DNA of 64,000 bases, from positions 21,824,001-21,888,000 of the forward strand of contig NC_043021.1 of assembly GCF_006345805.1 (NCBI RefSeq). Reading direction: 5' to 3'. Position numbers and translations under genes: made by a program. Below are positions 62,749 to 64,000 of this stretch, piece after piece. Every line of letters starts with the position of its first letter. Position 1 is the first letter of the stretch. Under the pieces are notes generated by a model. That model was not told where the DNA came from, did not search any database, and worked only from the letters and a program-made list of their open reading frames with translations. Source of the stretch: Octopus sinensis (taxonomy: Eukaryota).

Positions 62749-62782
<34 letters not shown>

Positions 62783-62981
62783 GTATAAATCTCAAAATAG
62801 AAAATTGTTTTATTTTGAATTCAACTATGTTAAATATTTAAACTAATTTTTCCTACTGTTTATATTTTTTCATATTCATATACATATATATATTCATATA
62901 TAATATATATATACAGTTTTATGAACATATTCATATAGTAATACATAATCATTTTTATATATATATTAAAATATATATATT

Positions 62982-63070
<89 letters not shown>

Positions 63071-64000
63071 CATATATAATATATATAAATATATACATAT
63101 ATACTCATATATATTATATATACATACAATATATACATAAATATATATATATAATATATATATATAAACATACACATACACATATATATATATATATATA
63201 TTATATACATATATATATATAAACATACACATACACACACACATATATATATATACATACATACATATATATATATATACACATATATATATATATAAAT
63301 AAACATACAGACACATAAATATATTTATATATTTTGTGATGTATTAATATACATATTGAGATATTTTTACATATATTTTCATTACTTAGACTTGTGTGTG
63401 TGTGTGTGCATGTATGTATATATATAATATACACACACATATATGTATGTGTATATATATGTGCATATATATATATGTATATACATATATATATTGTGTT
63501 ATTGTATATTTATTCCTATATTTACATATATATATTTATATTTACATATTTATTTTAAATAGATTTATATATTTTTATTTCGTACGATTTTTATTTTAAT
63601 ATTTGATAGCAGTTTTTGGTTCCGTTCTTACTGATTTGTTTATATATATTTTTTTTTATTATTCATAATCATTTATTCATGTATGTATATTTATTTCTTA
63701 TTGTTTTGTTTCTTTATTCATTCGCGCATTACATATATATTTTTGGTTACTTATTTATTTACTCCAGTTTAAAAGCAAACATTAAAAAAAAACTGAAACA
63801 AGCAGTAAATCAACACAAACGAACTAACCTTAAAAGAAAAAAAAAATTAAAAACGAACGAGTAAACCTCGGATCTAAAGATTAAAGATTCGTGAAAACTG
63901 GGGGAAACAAAATGCAAAATAATAGAGAAAAAAAAGTTATTTCAGAAACTCATGCATTTCCCATGATGCTTTGCAACCACTGTAGCATCTCTCTAGAATA

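Overview
Repeat-saturated, AT-rich animal DNA, most likely an octopod cephalopod. That call rests on my recognition of the SINE families and the microsatellite style, not on a database search. I found no intact host protein-coding exon. Nearly all ORF-track entries are microsatellite or SINE translations, so the window reads as intergenic or deep intronic. Contents: (i) several dozen SINE copies in about five families (S1, S2, S3/S3b, S4, A; my labels); (ii) non-autonomous Helitrons with A|TC...CTAG|T ends; (iii) hAT MITEs and a mariner deletion derivative; (iv) LINE remnants (RTE 3' end, CR1 3' end, RLE-endonuclease C-terminus); (v) large microsatellite fields and a 100-N gap. Main discovery: a dispersed set of type I hammerhead ribozyme motifs in short non-coding elements, several of which carry inverted repeats. 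Four have a canonical core and all three helices (4.9, 5.7, 23.8, 32.9 kb). One has a canonical core with a 1-nt register anomaly (25.0 kb). Two form an inverted pair with a U4C core (50.7/50.9 kb), and two are damaged (13.4-13.9, 35.4 kb). This is what Penelope-like pseudo-LTRs or retrozymes would look like, but no Penelope ORF is present and activity is untested. A near-intact tRNA-Glu(TTC) fused to a SINE/LINE-type 3' tail is also inserted into another repeat. Most SINE boundaries are approximate (about 10-20 bp).
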